Of a DNA stretch of 63,552 bases, positions 1 to 12,666 are shown piece after piece. Every line of letters begins with the position of its first letter. Positions within the stretch are counted from its first letter, which is position 1. Position numbers and translations under genes: made by a program. Source of the stretch: Lytechinus pictus (Eukaryota); NCBI RefSeq assembly GCF_037042905.1, contig NC_087247.1, positions 25,234,449 to 25,298,000 of the forward strand. Direction: 5' to 3'. The notes under the pieces were generated by a model. It saw only the letters and a list, made by a program, of their open reading frames with translations. It was not told where the DNA came from and searched no databases.

Positions 1-7
1 TAGAAGC

Positions 8-75
<68 letters not shown>
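1..75. repeat. (TAG)n microsatellite
   Basis: About 20 uninterrupted TAG units at the window start. Confidence 0.95.
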
Positions 76-312
76 AATGATAAGTTAAGTAGAAGTAGTA
101 TTATCTTTATATACTATATTTCACATATTTCACATTTACTATTGATGAACAACTTTAAAGCAATGTAACAGTCACACGTACTCTTGAACTCAAAGTAAAT
201 CATAGAAACTTACAACTTCATTATATTATCAGGCACAGGGGACAAAAAAAATATATTGCTATATAAACACAAACAATTTATACAAATTCTGGAATAGAAG
301 TCCTACAATCAA

Positions 313-1101
313 TAAACTAGCACATCAATGATGTGGAGCTCATCCAACATCTTGCATCGAAATTTAACACAATTTTTAATTTCAGCCCAGTTGACATTGT
401 AGTGAATTATATTGGTGACATTAATTGAGGAAACAGAATTGAAATTGATGAAGAAATGACAGAGGTGAAGCAGTTTTTGTGCTTTATTAATAAATTTCAT
501 ATAAATTACCATAAATAATTTTCTAGTAAAAATTTCTAAATTCTGTGTAGAACCTTGGTGAGCCTCATGTAGCTCTCAGATGGAACAAAAAAAATCAAAA
601 TCAGTCAACAAATAAATAAGAAGCATTTTTTGTGAGTTTTGAAAATTATGCATAAATTAGCATATTTAATGAGTTTCAAAATTCTGTGTAGAATTTTGCA
701 TCCCCACCTAGAGCTATCATGTAAAGCATACAAAATTGAAATTGATCAACAAATTAAGGAGAAAAAGCATATTTTTGTGATTTATGAATACATTTCGAAA
801 AAATTAGCAAAAATAATTTCCTTATCAAACTTTCAAAATTCTGTGTAGAACCTTGGTGAACCTCATGTAGCTCTCAGATGGAACAAAAAAATTATGCATA
901 TATTAGCATATAATGAGCTTCAAAATTCAGTGTAGATGTTTTGAATCCCCCATCTAGTGCTATCATATAAAGCAAACAGAATTGAAATCAGGCTTGAAAT
1001 GACGAAGAAGCATTTTGAAATTGTGGACGGACGACAGACGATGGACAATGGACGCCACGCCACGGCATAAGCTCATCTTGCTCTCCGGGCTGGATGAGCA
1101 A
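313..1101 (+). mobile_element. Non-autonomous Helentron-like (HINE/Tsp-type) element with internal tandem repeats
   Basis: Subterminal inverted repeat GCTCATCCA (338-346) / TGGATGAGC (1091-1099). The 3' copy can also fold with GCTCATC (1071-1077) into a terminal hairpin. GGACG-type microsatellite at ~1025-1056. Internal repeats marked by AAATTC(T/A)GTGTAGA at ~538, 679, 837 and 924. Confidence 0.7.
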
Positions 1102-2670
1102 CGAGGTTTTGAGCTAATTTAGTCAATTAACTCTCATTTATTATTCCAAATATTGATCAGGGTATTTACAGGACGTAGATTGTATTGTTTTATAGGGTTT
1201 ATACCCTTCTTTCTTCCCTTTCTGTTCTGGGGTTAAAGAAATTTATTAAAGAAGAAAGCAGGGGGATAAATTTGAGAAATCAAAAGAACATGTTAAGTGG
1301 TGGTTGCATGCATGTGAACAGCATAGTAGTTTAGAGCCACGTGCCCCCCCCCCCCCCCCCCCCCCCCCGTGGTGTTCAACTCAATTTACATTTCATCGAA
1401 GATGTTAAATTGTGCACTTTTAACCTACTCATAGTTTGTGTACTTTGTATCTGAGAAGAATCCAGTTCGTCAATAAATTTAATACTAAATCACTTAACTG
1501 AAAAGATAACAAGTCATATGTTTTTTTCACAATTAAAAAATTTACGAAAGTATGCAACCTGTGTCCTGCTTTGGCTGGAGGGTTAAATTGTTTACCAATT
1601 ATCATCCATGAATTTATTTGTAGTAATAAAACAAGAGGAAGCAATAAGTAGACCAAAGCAAAACTTATTTGTTTTAATCAAGACAACCTTGAAAGGAGAC
1701 TCTTGACCGAGTTAAATTCAAAGTTGATCGGAGATATGCTCGCCTACGTTTTGTTGTTCACGTACCATTACTATCAGAAAGTCCCATCGCATAATCTTCA
1801 CCGATGTTCGAGATACGATCTTTAGGTGATCTATCACGCATTAAGATAAGAACTTTTATTTTACGCATTGAGAAATTTTCATTTATTTGCATGAAAGAGA
1901 CAGATGTTCGTGTGACAGCTACACTCCAGTAAATTAAGCAGGTGGCGATTAAAGCCGACCCTTTAAGTGCCCACATTCTATGACTATCAAGTATCATCGC
2001 ATATCTTTGACAATAAAAGATGGTATCTTCGATCTTTTGGACACAGAAAGCAATTAAAGTGTGAAATATTTGGAGAAAAGAAGCAACTTTTGTGGCCTAT
2101 TGACAGCTACACTTCAATAAATTACACAGGCATTGCTGTCTTTATACATTTCTCGCTTCTAGATTCTGTTCAACAAAAGATCTGTATCTTCAGGCAAACT
2201 TTAGAAAGATGGACAAATAAGTGTGAAACTTGCAAAAACAAATTGTGGGACAATTATGATAATACTTTTAGAGGCTGACTTACTGATGACAAGGGAGGTA
2301 CCTTGATATCATGGTCCAACAGTTTCTGTCATTGATAGACTTACAACCCCTTTCAATAATTCTCCCACTTTTTGGTTCAAAACTGCGCAAAACACTTAAA
2401 TGTCTTTTCTCAGTTATTCGCAGCAGCCAGAGCTTCTTTTAGGGATGCCCCTTTCAATGAATCAGTCTGAAAGGGAGCCAATATTAGCTGTCATGGTAAC
2501 TGCACATTCCTACATCAGGTTGATAAGATGCATGGGAAAAACATAGTTTGTATCATTCAACAAGTGACCTTTGAACATACAAGAAACTTTGGCCCAGATT
2601 TAGCACCGCTCCCTTTCAGTAATTCTCTGGTCTATACCTGGTCTCGACCAGGACCACATCCCCGCACCTG

Positions 2671-2941
2671 GTGCAGTAAATGGCCAATTCGTCTGTTGCC
2701 AACTCGTCCACTCACCACACGGTCTACCTTCATTTAGTCTAATGCCATTCCATCCATCAACATTTCGACTAACAACCATTTGGTCCAATCATCACTTCAT
2801 CTAATCGCCAGTTTGTCTATGACCTTTTTGTCTCATATCCAGTTGGTCTAATATCCATTTTGATTTTGTTCATTACGCCAAATTAACACTCAGTCCCATT
2901 AGACTAAACAGTAATTGGACGAATTGGCATTAAACCAATTG
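2671..2941. mobile_element. Truncated foldback MITE built of short-period (~15-20 bp) CCAnTTnGTCTA repeats
   Basis: Clear similarity to 12018-12406 (e.g. GGTCTACCTTCATTTAGTCTAATGCCATTCC in both). The right part carries the inverted motif (GGACGAATTGGCATTA). Confidence 0.7.
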
Positions 2942-3196
2942 AGAAAAAAAAACTCTGGTGCTTCTCGAAACAGCAGTAGAGTACTACTTTCGCCTGAACC
3001 TTTCAGTAAATCAAAATTTCATGTCTGAGCATGAACCAGACGCAAGTCAAGTCTAGATCTGGACCCTTGAGATCCCTCAGACTTTTCAGTTCCCCCCCCC
3101 CCCAAGTTCAAGGGGGATGGAAAATCTTAAGGATAGCCATTTCTATTTACTACTGCATAGAGTGTGCATAAGTTTTCCGCACAAAATAACTAATGT

Positions 3197-3354
3197 CCAG
3201 GACCACACAAAGGTTTGCGATTAATTGCTAAATGAAAAGGCCTATCAAGATCATTGTTGCATGCGCATTTTGCTCAAACGACTGACAAGGAACCAATCAG
3301 AATTGTTCTTTCAAATTAACAATTAATCGCTAACTTTTGTGTTACGGGGCCCAG
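3197..3354. mobile_element. Short MITE (possibly Harbinger-like)
   Basis: Inverted arms ACACAAAGGTTTGCGATTAATTG / CAATTAATCGCTAACTTTTGTGT, right end ACGGGGCCCAG. The left end is degenerate. Confidence 0.6.
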
Positions 3355-3404
3355 ATCTAGACTGGCATAAACCAGGCCTAGACAAGCAATTTACTGAAAA
3401 GAGT

Positions 3405-5317
3405 TTAAAGGACAAGTCCACACCAACAACAAGTGGAATGCCTCTGGCGGTCAATATAGCAGCAGTGCTGGCTTTGGAAACTACTATCAAATAATTGTTC
3501 ACAAAAAACACCATTCATATAATGATACAATACTACGTTCATTGACATTTGACATTGATCATGTGACCTAAAACTTGTCAGTGAAACTTGATTACCCCTA
3601 TATCCACATTTTATACACTATATCTATAAACTTTGAAAGTTATAACAGCAATCTAATAATTACCTCTAAAATAGCCAAAGTTCAATGACCTTAAATGACC
3701 TTTGACTTTGGTCATGTGACATGAAACTCAGAAAATATTCAAAGATACTTGATTACTCTTATGTCTAAGTTTCATGAATCAGATCCATAAACTTTCAAAG
3801 TTATGATGGTAATTCAACAGATATCCCCCCCCCCCAACATGGCCAAAGTTCATTGACCTTTGACCTTGGTCATGTGACCTGAAATTCGCACAGGATGTTC
3901 AGTGATACTTGATTACTCTTATGTCCACGTTTTATGAACTAGACCAATAAACTTTCAAAGTTATGATGGTAATTCAACAAATACCCCCAACTTGGCAAAA
4001 GTTCATTGACCTTACATGACCTTTGACCTTGATCATGTGACTTGAAACTCACACAGGATGTTCAGTGATACTTGATTACTCTTATGTCCAAGTTTCATGA
4101 ATCAGATCCATAAACTTTCAAAGTTATGGTAATTCAACAGATCGATTACCCCCCCCCCCAACATGGCCAAAGTTCATTGACCTTTGACCTTGGTCATGTG
4201 ACCTGAAATGTGTACAGGATGCTCAGTGATACTTGATTACTCTTATGTCCTAGTTTCATGAATCAGATCCATAAACTTTCAAAGTTATGATGGTAATTCA
4301 ACAGATACCATGAATTTGGCCAAAGTTCATTGACCCTAAATGACCTTTGACCTTGGTCATGTGACGTGAAACTCAAGCAGGATGTTCAGTAATATTTGAT
4401 TAACCTTATGTCCAAGTTTCATGAACTAGGTTCATATACTTTCTAAGTTATGATGACATTTCAAAAACTTAACCTTAGGTTAATATTTTGATGTTGATTC
4501 CCCCAACATGGTCTAAGTTCATTGACCCTAAATGACCTTTGACCTTGGTCATGTGACTTGAAACTCAGCCAGGATGTTCAGTAATACTTAATTAATTTTA
4601 TGGCCAAGTTTCATTAACTAGGTCCATATACTTTCTAAGTTATGCTGTCATTTCAAAAACTTAACCTTAGGTTAAGATTTGGTGTTGACGCCGCCGCCGG
4701 AAAAGCGGCGCCTGTAGTCTCACTCTGCTATGCAGGTGAGACAAAAATGTGATTTGAATAAAAAGAGAAAATCCAACAAGCATAACACTGAAAATTTCAT
4801 CAAAATCAGATGTAAAATAAGAAAGCTATGACATTTTAAAGTTTTGCTTAGTTTCACAAAACAGCTATATGCACATCCTGGTCAGTATGCAAATGAGGGA
4901 ACTGATGACATCACTCACTATTTATTTTGTTTTTTATTATATGAAATATGAAATTTTCTCCTCATTGTCCTGTGAAACAAAGTTTTATTTCTCCCTGAAC
5001 TTGTTGAATTACCATTGCTTAACATTCTATGGTTCAGTCAAGTTGGTCCTTATTGTCAATTCTGCAAAAATTGAAATAATGTATAATTTGAACAATAGAA
5101 AACAAAAGAAATAGTAAGTGAGGGACATCATGCATTCTCTCGTTTGCATGTGACTAAATTGTGCACATAACTATTTTGTGAAAAATAAGCGAAACTTTAA
5201 AATGTCATAACTTTCTTATTTTACATCCGATTTTGATGAAATTTTCAGCATTATGCTTGTCTGATTTTTCTCTATTGATTTAAATCAACATGTTCATGAG
5301 GTGGACTTGACCTTTAA
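3405..5317 (+). mobile_element. TTAA-AGG (Kolobok/T2-type) MITE, interrupted by a nested element
   Basis: TTAA|AGGACAAGTCCAC at 3405 and GTGGACTTGACCT|TTAA ending 5317. Segment 4748-5317 aligns with the intact copy at 27009-27609. Confidence 0.88.
3428..4747 (+). mobile_element. Helentron-like (HINE/Tsp-type) element with a ~150-190 bp tandem array
   Basis: About 6-7 units beginning (G)GCCAAAGTTCATTGACC or a close variant (~3674, 3841, 3994, 4165, 4318, 4510). GCC microsatellite near 4689. 3' hairpin GTCTCAC (4717-4723) / GTGAGAC (4736-4742). Inserted in an A run with no clear TSD. Confidence 0.8.
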
Positions 5318-8300
5318 ATTATTAAGCCAAAATGATTTTGAGCAAGCGCCAAGAACATGCACGTAACATTCCATCACACAAGGAACTGCTTGTAAACATT
5401 TCATCAGATAAACTTTCAATTTACTTCAATCAACTTACTTACTGGGATTCGCTTGGATGTAAAGACATAAAGCTGTAAATTATTTGCGACTCGGCAGCGA
5501 AATTTCGGACTAAAGTTATTCAAGAAAATGGCCAAAGTTCATCAATGTACAATTCAAGTGAAAGGAGACCATTATGTGAAAGAGTGAAAGAGAACAATTA
5601 TACACCAGACAGTATTGTTAAACCTGAATGCAATACCGGAAGATATGGCATCCTAGCTGGGCACTCCATGATCATGTGATAGAAAAGGGGATGGTTCCAG
5701 CTTACTCTCAGGGAATGTTGGGTTGTCGTTTTGGGGGTTTTTTTAATTAGATTTCTCAACAACTCTTTCCTCTTCCTGTCTCTTTTTGTTTCACTTTCAA
5801 AATATCTCCTTTTGCACTTGATTTCACTGATTTGTACTCACTTGTTTCAATCTCCAGCCAACTGAGTGCCTCTTCTTCTCCACCCCCTCTCTCTCCCTCT
5901 CTCCCTCTCTTTTACACATCAGGGTAACTGCACTTTAATCTTCTTTTTTAGCACTTACAAAAGTGGACACCTTTCCTAAACCCTCTACAGGATGGTTACC
6001 ATGAAATTAACAAATCAGCTACCAACACAACAACAGAAACTAAGGCTGAAGCATTCTTCATGTTGAAGCACTGAAACATCTCTTCACTATCCAAGAGACC
6101 CCTGATCTTCCTCTGCATTTAATCCTTTACCATCTATATTATACCACCCTCAAATCTAAAACAAGTACCCAATCTTAAACCTATACAGGACCAAATACTT
6201 CTCTATTTTTCTTTAATTTCAACATCTCAACAAAAAAGTTCTGGTCAACTCTGGACGGGTGACCTTGAAAGCATATTGACCTTCAGATTCTCAAGTTCAA
6301 GGTCACATGGACAGCCTGAATGGAATCAACACCTGGGTGTCCACTTGGCCTTCTTCCATAAAACCAGACTCTTCGCTTCAATTTCATCATAACAGAATAT
6401 CTTACCCCTATGAGTATCAAGAGTATTGTAAGTCTGTCCTCATGATTCAATATCAATGATAAATTTAGTCCAAAGGAGACAGATCACCCAGTTTTTTTTC
6501 CCATCAAACCTCTTCATCAATAGTGCTAATAATACCAATAGGTTGTAAACCATGTAATAGAAATATACCACAAATTCACTCCAAACTTATCCTCACCCTA
6601 AACATAAAGCAGACCTTAATAATAAATTCCAACCTTATATACATCTATCTAGATATTCAAATTACTTTGACAAAAAGAAAGCTTTGAGTTTTCATAAAAC
6701 AAATCACCTGAGGATGTTTTGTGAAGCTGTTTTCAAAGTTACACAATAAGTTACCAACCTATGGAACAACCCAATCAAAACAGATTTTTCACTCATGTTT
6801 TAATTGCATGAGAAGTTCTATGATGAAAATTGTGTATGTTAAGCTATATTTCTGTCAGAAACCTATTGCTATCATTTAAGATATAGTCATTAAGCACTTT
6901 ATAGCCCCTTTCACCCCCCCCCCCCCATTTCAGGGTCTACAAACCTGCTTCACCTGCTCACAGCTGGTATAGGTGCCCTGCTTAGAGAAGGTTTCTTTTT
7001 CATTTATTCAAATAACCTTTCACCTAATCAAATAATGCAATATTGCAATATTAATGGAGTTTGCTTTCTTTTCAAGCAAGAATAGTAGAATTATTTGCTG
7101 CACTTGATACCATTCAAAATTTTAATCCAACTTATGATAAATGTGCTTTCAAGCGGGTGGATCTTAACAGAAGCTTGCTACTCGTGTATGACAGGCTCGT
7201 GCATACTGAAAGAGCTGAAAATGGCTCGAAACTGATCCACAGATAAGGAGTTTTTTTTATATCGTACACAACTATGCAATGTCTTTTTAGAAATAATCAA
7301 CCATATATACTTTTGTTTTATTGAAGACAACTGGGCTGCAACCAATCATATGTGTAGTTTAAAAGTTTAAGTAAAGTTCACTTATATTTGTATACTCTGC
7401 ATGATAAGAAAGGAAAGGAAAAAAATATTTTAATCCATGTGAAACAAAATGGAGCTTTTTTAGATGTGTAAAAAAAAATGCATGAATAAAGTATTATTTT
7501 GGCAAATTGAAAATACAGGTTTAGAAAAACTGCAATCATGCAGGTATTGAAATATAGTCAAGTACAAAAGTGAGTATATAAACTTAAATCAATTTAAGTC
7601 CTACCTTTCTATCAGTTCTGTAAATCAGTTTTAGTTCTACATATCTAAAAGGGATATTCTAAATTGCTCAAAATAAATACACTCAACTGTCTATGGATTA
7701 CCTTTGCTGCAAAGAACTATCATGGCTTTGCTAAGTTTTACTTCTACATATCTGAAAGGGATATTGTAAGAAGGATCATCTGTAATAAATTGTCTAAAAT
7801 GTTTAATGCACTCAGTTTTCTATGAATTCACTGAAGGCAATTATGATAAGCGTATATCATTTTGTGTTGATAGCACATATCTCTTCTTTGCCATAACGAA
7901 GTATGTTGCCTTCACTATGAATATGTCCAGAGATGTAGGTCAGGGCACTAACTATACCCTGGTCAGGGTTTACCCTCAAAGCTCTACATCTTTCACCGGC
8001 AATTATACTGGTGCAGCGGTCAAGACCCCCAAAGCATTACACTGGGTTAACATGTGGGGGGGGGGGGGCATTTAAGAGTTGTCTCCCTTCAAAGGTAGAT
8101 GAACAGGGTACAATACCCAGAGGGTTTGGTCCAGGGGTACAAATCCAGAAAGATCTACACCTTAGGGATATAAGCCCCAAGGGGGTATGAAGACATTTGA
8201 CAATGACTGTTCATCTTCAGGCATGATTCAGGCCAAGGGTTCTTCTTTAAGAAAAAGGGTTAATTGCCATCAAATGCTCCTGCCTTTGAACTGTCATTGC

Positions 8301-8781
8301 TCCCATTTTTTACATATGATAAGTTTGGGTCTAGGAATTTACCTAGGACATTTCCTCATGCAAAATGTAGGTATTATATCAATAAAAATCAACAGAATTG
8401 ATCATAGTAACACTGAGGTTTTCTATAGTAGACATTTTTTTTTCTTTCAGAGTGTGACTTCAGAGATGTCATCTTGAATGACATGAGTTTCAAATACTGT
8501 CATCGATTTGTCATCAAAATACTTTGCATTGATAGTATACACATAAGTCAATTGCATTTCACCAAATTAATTACATAACCTTTCACAGACAAATGTTTAT
8601 CAAAAACATCATCCATAATAATCATAACATATTGCCCTAAACAAAATTAACAAAGTATTAGGTCCTTCTATGTTTTTGCAATTCAATGAACTGTTATTCA
8701 GCATTGACACAGCAAAATCAGACTGGAAAATGCATCCCCAGACTAACCATTTGAAACAGAACCTATCTAGCTTACACTCAC

Positions 8782-8863
8782 CTGGTTAATTCTTGAATTT
8801 CCTGGAAGTCGTAGAGTTCACTTTTTGAGCCGAAACTGGTACAGTCTTCCTGATAAAAATCAC
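8782..8863 (-). other. Candidate 82-nt spliced exon of an unidentified minus-strand gene
   Basis: Acceptor TTTTTATATTCTTGGCTTCTGTTGCAG and consensus donor CAG|GTGAGT. One open frame (DFYQEDCTSFGSKSELYDFQEIQELT), not recognised. Confidence 0.4.
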
Positions 8864-9199
8864 CTGCAACAGAAGCCAAGAATATAAAAATAGATATTCT
8901 ACCTTAAGTTTGTGGAGACAACAGACCCTTAGTGGAATATATACAATAAGAGAACGCCTCATGCATTTCGATCATGCATTGTGCTACCTGGAACAATGAC
9001 TCTCCTTATGAAAATACAAGTACGAGCAAACTATACTGTGAGGAAATGAATGTCTTGCAACAAATTCAATTCGATTTCATTTCAAGAACTGAATACCTGA
9101 AAAGTAAACATAGACTGCCTGTTTCTATGCTATTTTAGAGTCTGGTATTTCAAGTTTGAAATCAAGGTCAGGAGATCGCCAGGTCCATTGTCCGAGCAT

Positions 9200-9410
9200 T
9201 TGTTGAAAATGACGCGTAGGTAATGTTAGCCAGTCTGACGGGACAAAGACGGGGCTTCCAGAGTTGACTTGGGGGCGGGGGACCTTGAAAAGATTCGCTC
9301 TCGCCAACATGAATTCTGACACCAGAACCTTTCAGCCAAGGTGCATTTGTTCACACGTCTTGTTACAACGCAGAGTGAAATGACATCAATGACCACGTGG
9401 TGGGCAGACT
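9200..9410. promoter_or_regulatory. Candidate promoter/enhancer
   Basis: Locally CpG-rich. GC box GGGGGCGGGG (9271-9280), CRE-like TGACATCA (9381-9388), E-box CACGTG (9394-9399). Confidence 0.3.
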
Positions 9411-12017
9411 TATTTAGCTACTAAACAGAGGCTCCCCTACATAAAGATTAAACTGCTGAATGCAAAAGTTTAGGGGAATACACCTATCTGAAACAATCAT
9501 TTAAAATAAATGAAGTTATTTTCTTAAGAGGCATCAATTTTTAATGCAGAATATAACTAAAAAGGTTCCCATAATATGGCTTGATAATTTTGAAATATTT
9601 CTTCTTCAGAATTTGAAAACCAAGGACACATGTTAAATGTTATTCTTCAATATACGTCAATTTGTATTCAAATCTAGAGATGTAAAAATTGTAATTTTCA
9701 GATTATTATATTGAATTTTATTTTTCCACAAGTCAATCAATATTTCAATAATGAAAGTTACACTTAGTCGACACATTTCGATCACTCAAAATAATACATA
9801 AAAGAAATTAATACAAAATATACTATATGTAGATAATTGCTGGTCAGAAAATCAATGCATATATGAGGAACAGAAAGTCTATTTTAGTCTATTTTAAAGT
9901 AAAAAGGGTACCCCATTTCTTCCTATTCAAAATAGAAAGCCCATCTAAAGAATTAGTAAAGGGATTTATAATGTGAATTGTACATTTATCTATTATTCCT
10001 ATCGTACAAGTAATGGAACAAGGTATGTATTCATTTAATTGATAACCATCAACATTAGGCAGCTCAAAGGGCTCAAACATGCTCTCCTTTTGACCAAATA
10101 CTTGTTGCTCTCTTTTATTCATTTTTTCTTTACTACAAATGAATATTAAAGCATTCTCTCTTGCCATCATGACCTTAGTTGAAGAAGGGTTTGGGGGAGT
10201 CTGATCCAAACATGTGGTGTGAATGTTGATATAGATGTCTGAACAATTGTTACCAGTGTCAGAGAAGTGTCTGAATGAACATTTAGACTTTCTTTGGCAA
10301 GAGATACTCATGTTGTCTTTGATACCCACCCACATGAAAGTTCTTACAAAGTGGAAGATGACCTTGCATATGAAGCTCTGAAAATATATTTTCTGACTTT
10401 CAAAACAAAAAGTTGCAATTTAGATTAGAGGAACCTTTTTCTTCCAACCTCCCCTTTTAAATTTCTTTAGGCATGATAGAGTGAGAGTTCCATATATGTC
10501 TACTTTGTTATTTCATTTTCATGCACCATGTTTATCATCAGTCATTTCAAAATCTTTCATATACAGAAGATCTATCCATAGAAATCGTACAAAGTCCCTT
10601 GCCCATTTCACCCCATCCCTTTTTAAAAATTGGATTGGTCTCACCTATACATTTTTACCCAATACAAATGCATTATAAATGTAGAATCTAAAAATTTAGA
10701 TATCTGTGTGAGTATGAAGGTGCAGGCATGAAGGCTTTTACAATTATCCTGCATAGATCTACACAGGCTCTGCTGAAGAGCGAGCTTTTAAAATCTCATA
10801 GAACATGGTGAAAATCATCCAAGTAACAATGGAAAGGCAAACAGCGGAACATTCATTATAAAAACATCAACTTTTTTTAGGTCCATATTTAATTGAAAGT
10901 TATAATGAAGCAGCTTCTAGCAGGTGGTATTACTGAACTTGACTGAAATATGAGGGTCAAACCAAAACAAACCCCTAAATATTTTATTATTCTTTCATAT
11001 AAAGGTCACTTGAATGGTTTTGCATGGTCTGATTGTGGTCACTTTATAGATGAGACCTACATTAATACAAGTAGGGTTTTTTTTGTCACGTTGTTTGTTC
11101 AACGAGAACATCTTATTGCATTGACATAAACTGGATATTTAGATGTGTATTTTTTCCAAAAGTTTTGTGCATAGGATTATCTTATGATTGATTGTAGACT
11201 TTTGAATCACCATATCAATCTCATTCCCCCTTCTATCTATCTCTCTCTCTCTCTTCATCAATCAAGCAATCTCCCAAAACATAAACCTGGTTCATTAAAT
11301 TGCTGAGACTCGGTGACCATTTGTTTTTTGTCTTTTGAATCAAAATCTTGAAATTCTGAGAAGTTCAGGTTTGGGTGGAATTGATCAATCAGCGCCTAAA
11401 GCATCCCCATACATATGGCAACAGTAACAACCATTTCTCAAGTTGAATAAACTTCCCAGTACACCCAACCTTTCCTGTGCATGGAATCTGACTAACATCA
11501 CAAGAGAGCATTATCATTAAAAAAAATAATATTCTGCAACAACTTTTGTTGTCCGGCATACCAGTGCGCTACAATTTACAATCATTCTCAACATTCACAA
11601 ACAAACTTCATGCAATTTTTTCTGAGCCATTCAAATCCTTGTTTGGTGATCATATTTATTATTCCCCCATCGTCATGGCAACTGTACATTTTTACAAATC
11701 CCTGCCATTTCTCTCTTCTCCCGGGCAATCCTGGATTTGAATGGGGGGTAGGAGATCTGCGTCAAGTACGTCATAAAGCTCTGCCCACTCACACCAGTCG
11801 GCTGGCATCAAACAGAATCCAAAACTAGTTCAACTACAAAACAGGCTATTATCTTTCTTGAAGAAGAGATTGGCACCTGCTTCTCTGTGTGAGCCTCTCC
11901 GATGGATCATAAACAAGCTAAAATTTGTAGTTTTATACATCATGTTGGTTTTAGCGGCGATCATGGCCACAAGTGCTTGGCCATTTTCTATGATTTTATT
12001 TTTTTTGTGATAATATA

Positions 12018-12406
12018 GGTAAATTGTCAATTCGTCCACTCACCAAATGGTCTACCTTCATTTAGTCTAATGCCATTCCGTCCATCAACATTTTGTCTAA
12101 CAACCATTTGGTCCAATCGTCACCTCGTCTAATCACCAGTTTGTCTATTACCATTTCGTCTAATAACCAGTTGGTCTAATACCCATTTTCTTCTCATTCA
12201 TTTTACCCAATAAACACTTAAGTTTAATTAGACCAAATGGTATATGGACTAAATGGCTATTGGACCAACTGGTTATTAGACAGAATGGCATTAGACTAAA
12301 TGAAAATAGACCATAAATTATGGTGAATAACTGATGGTAGACCAAATAACAGTAGACGAGTCTTCAATATTGGACGAATTGGCATTAGACGAATTGGAAA
12401 TAAACC
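12018..12406. mobile_element. Foldback MITE of short-period repeats
   Basis: Imperfect TIRs GGTAAATTGTCAATTCGTC / GACGAATTGGAAATAAACC. The left half is CCAnTTnGTCTA units and the right half is their reverse complement. Same family as 2671-2941. Confidence 0.75.
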
Positions 12407-12504
12407 TTAATATACATGTAGGTGGTTCCAATATCTTAGACACATTTTCCAACTGTTTCTATTCGTCTGTTGTGTACAAACTTTGTCCGATTCAAAATAT
12501 ACTA

Positions 12505-12666
12505 CCTATTGCCTAAAATGTGATATATTGGGTAATCTCTCTGCCAAATACTTTACAACTATCTGCTCTTTATGGATAAGTATAAGTATAAAACTTCAAA
12601 CAAGACAAATAGGATTAATGATAAACATTCTGTTATTATACGTATATCATCTTGTAGATGCTAAGT
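12505..12666 (+). repeat. 162-bp direct repeat, copy 1
   Basis: Identical by eye to 14248-14409 (CCTATTGCCTAAAATG...GTAGATGCTAAGT). Confidence 0.93.

Noticed and set aside
3674-4620. CRISPR-like array
   Set aside because: Whole units repeat with no unique spacers, there are no cas genes, and the context is eukaryotic.
5597-5650. miR-200-like AATACTGTCTGGTG on the minus strand
   Set aside because: About 14 nt match, then divergence; only a short weak stem and no proper pre-miRNA hairpin.
9889-10335. Longest ORF (148 aa, minus strand)
   Set aside because: Composition typical of translated AT-rich non-coding DNA, no recognisable domain, no convincing splice boundaries.
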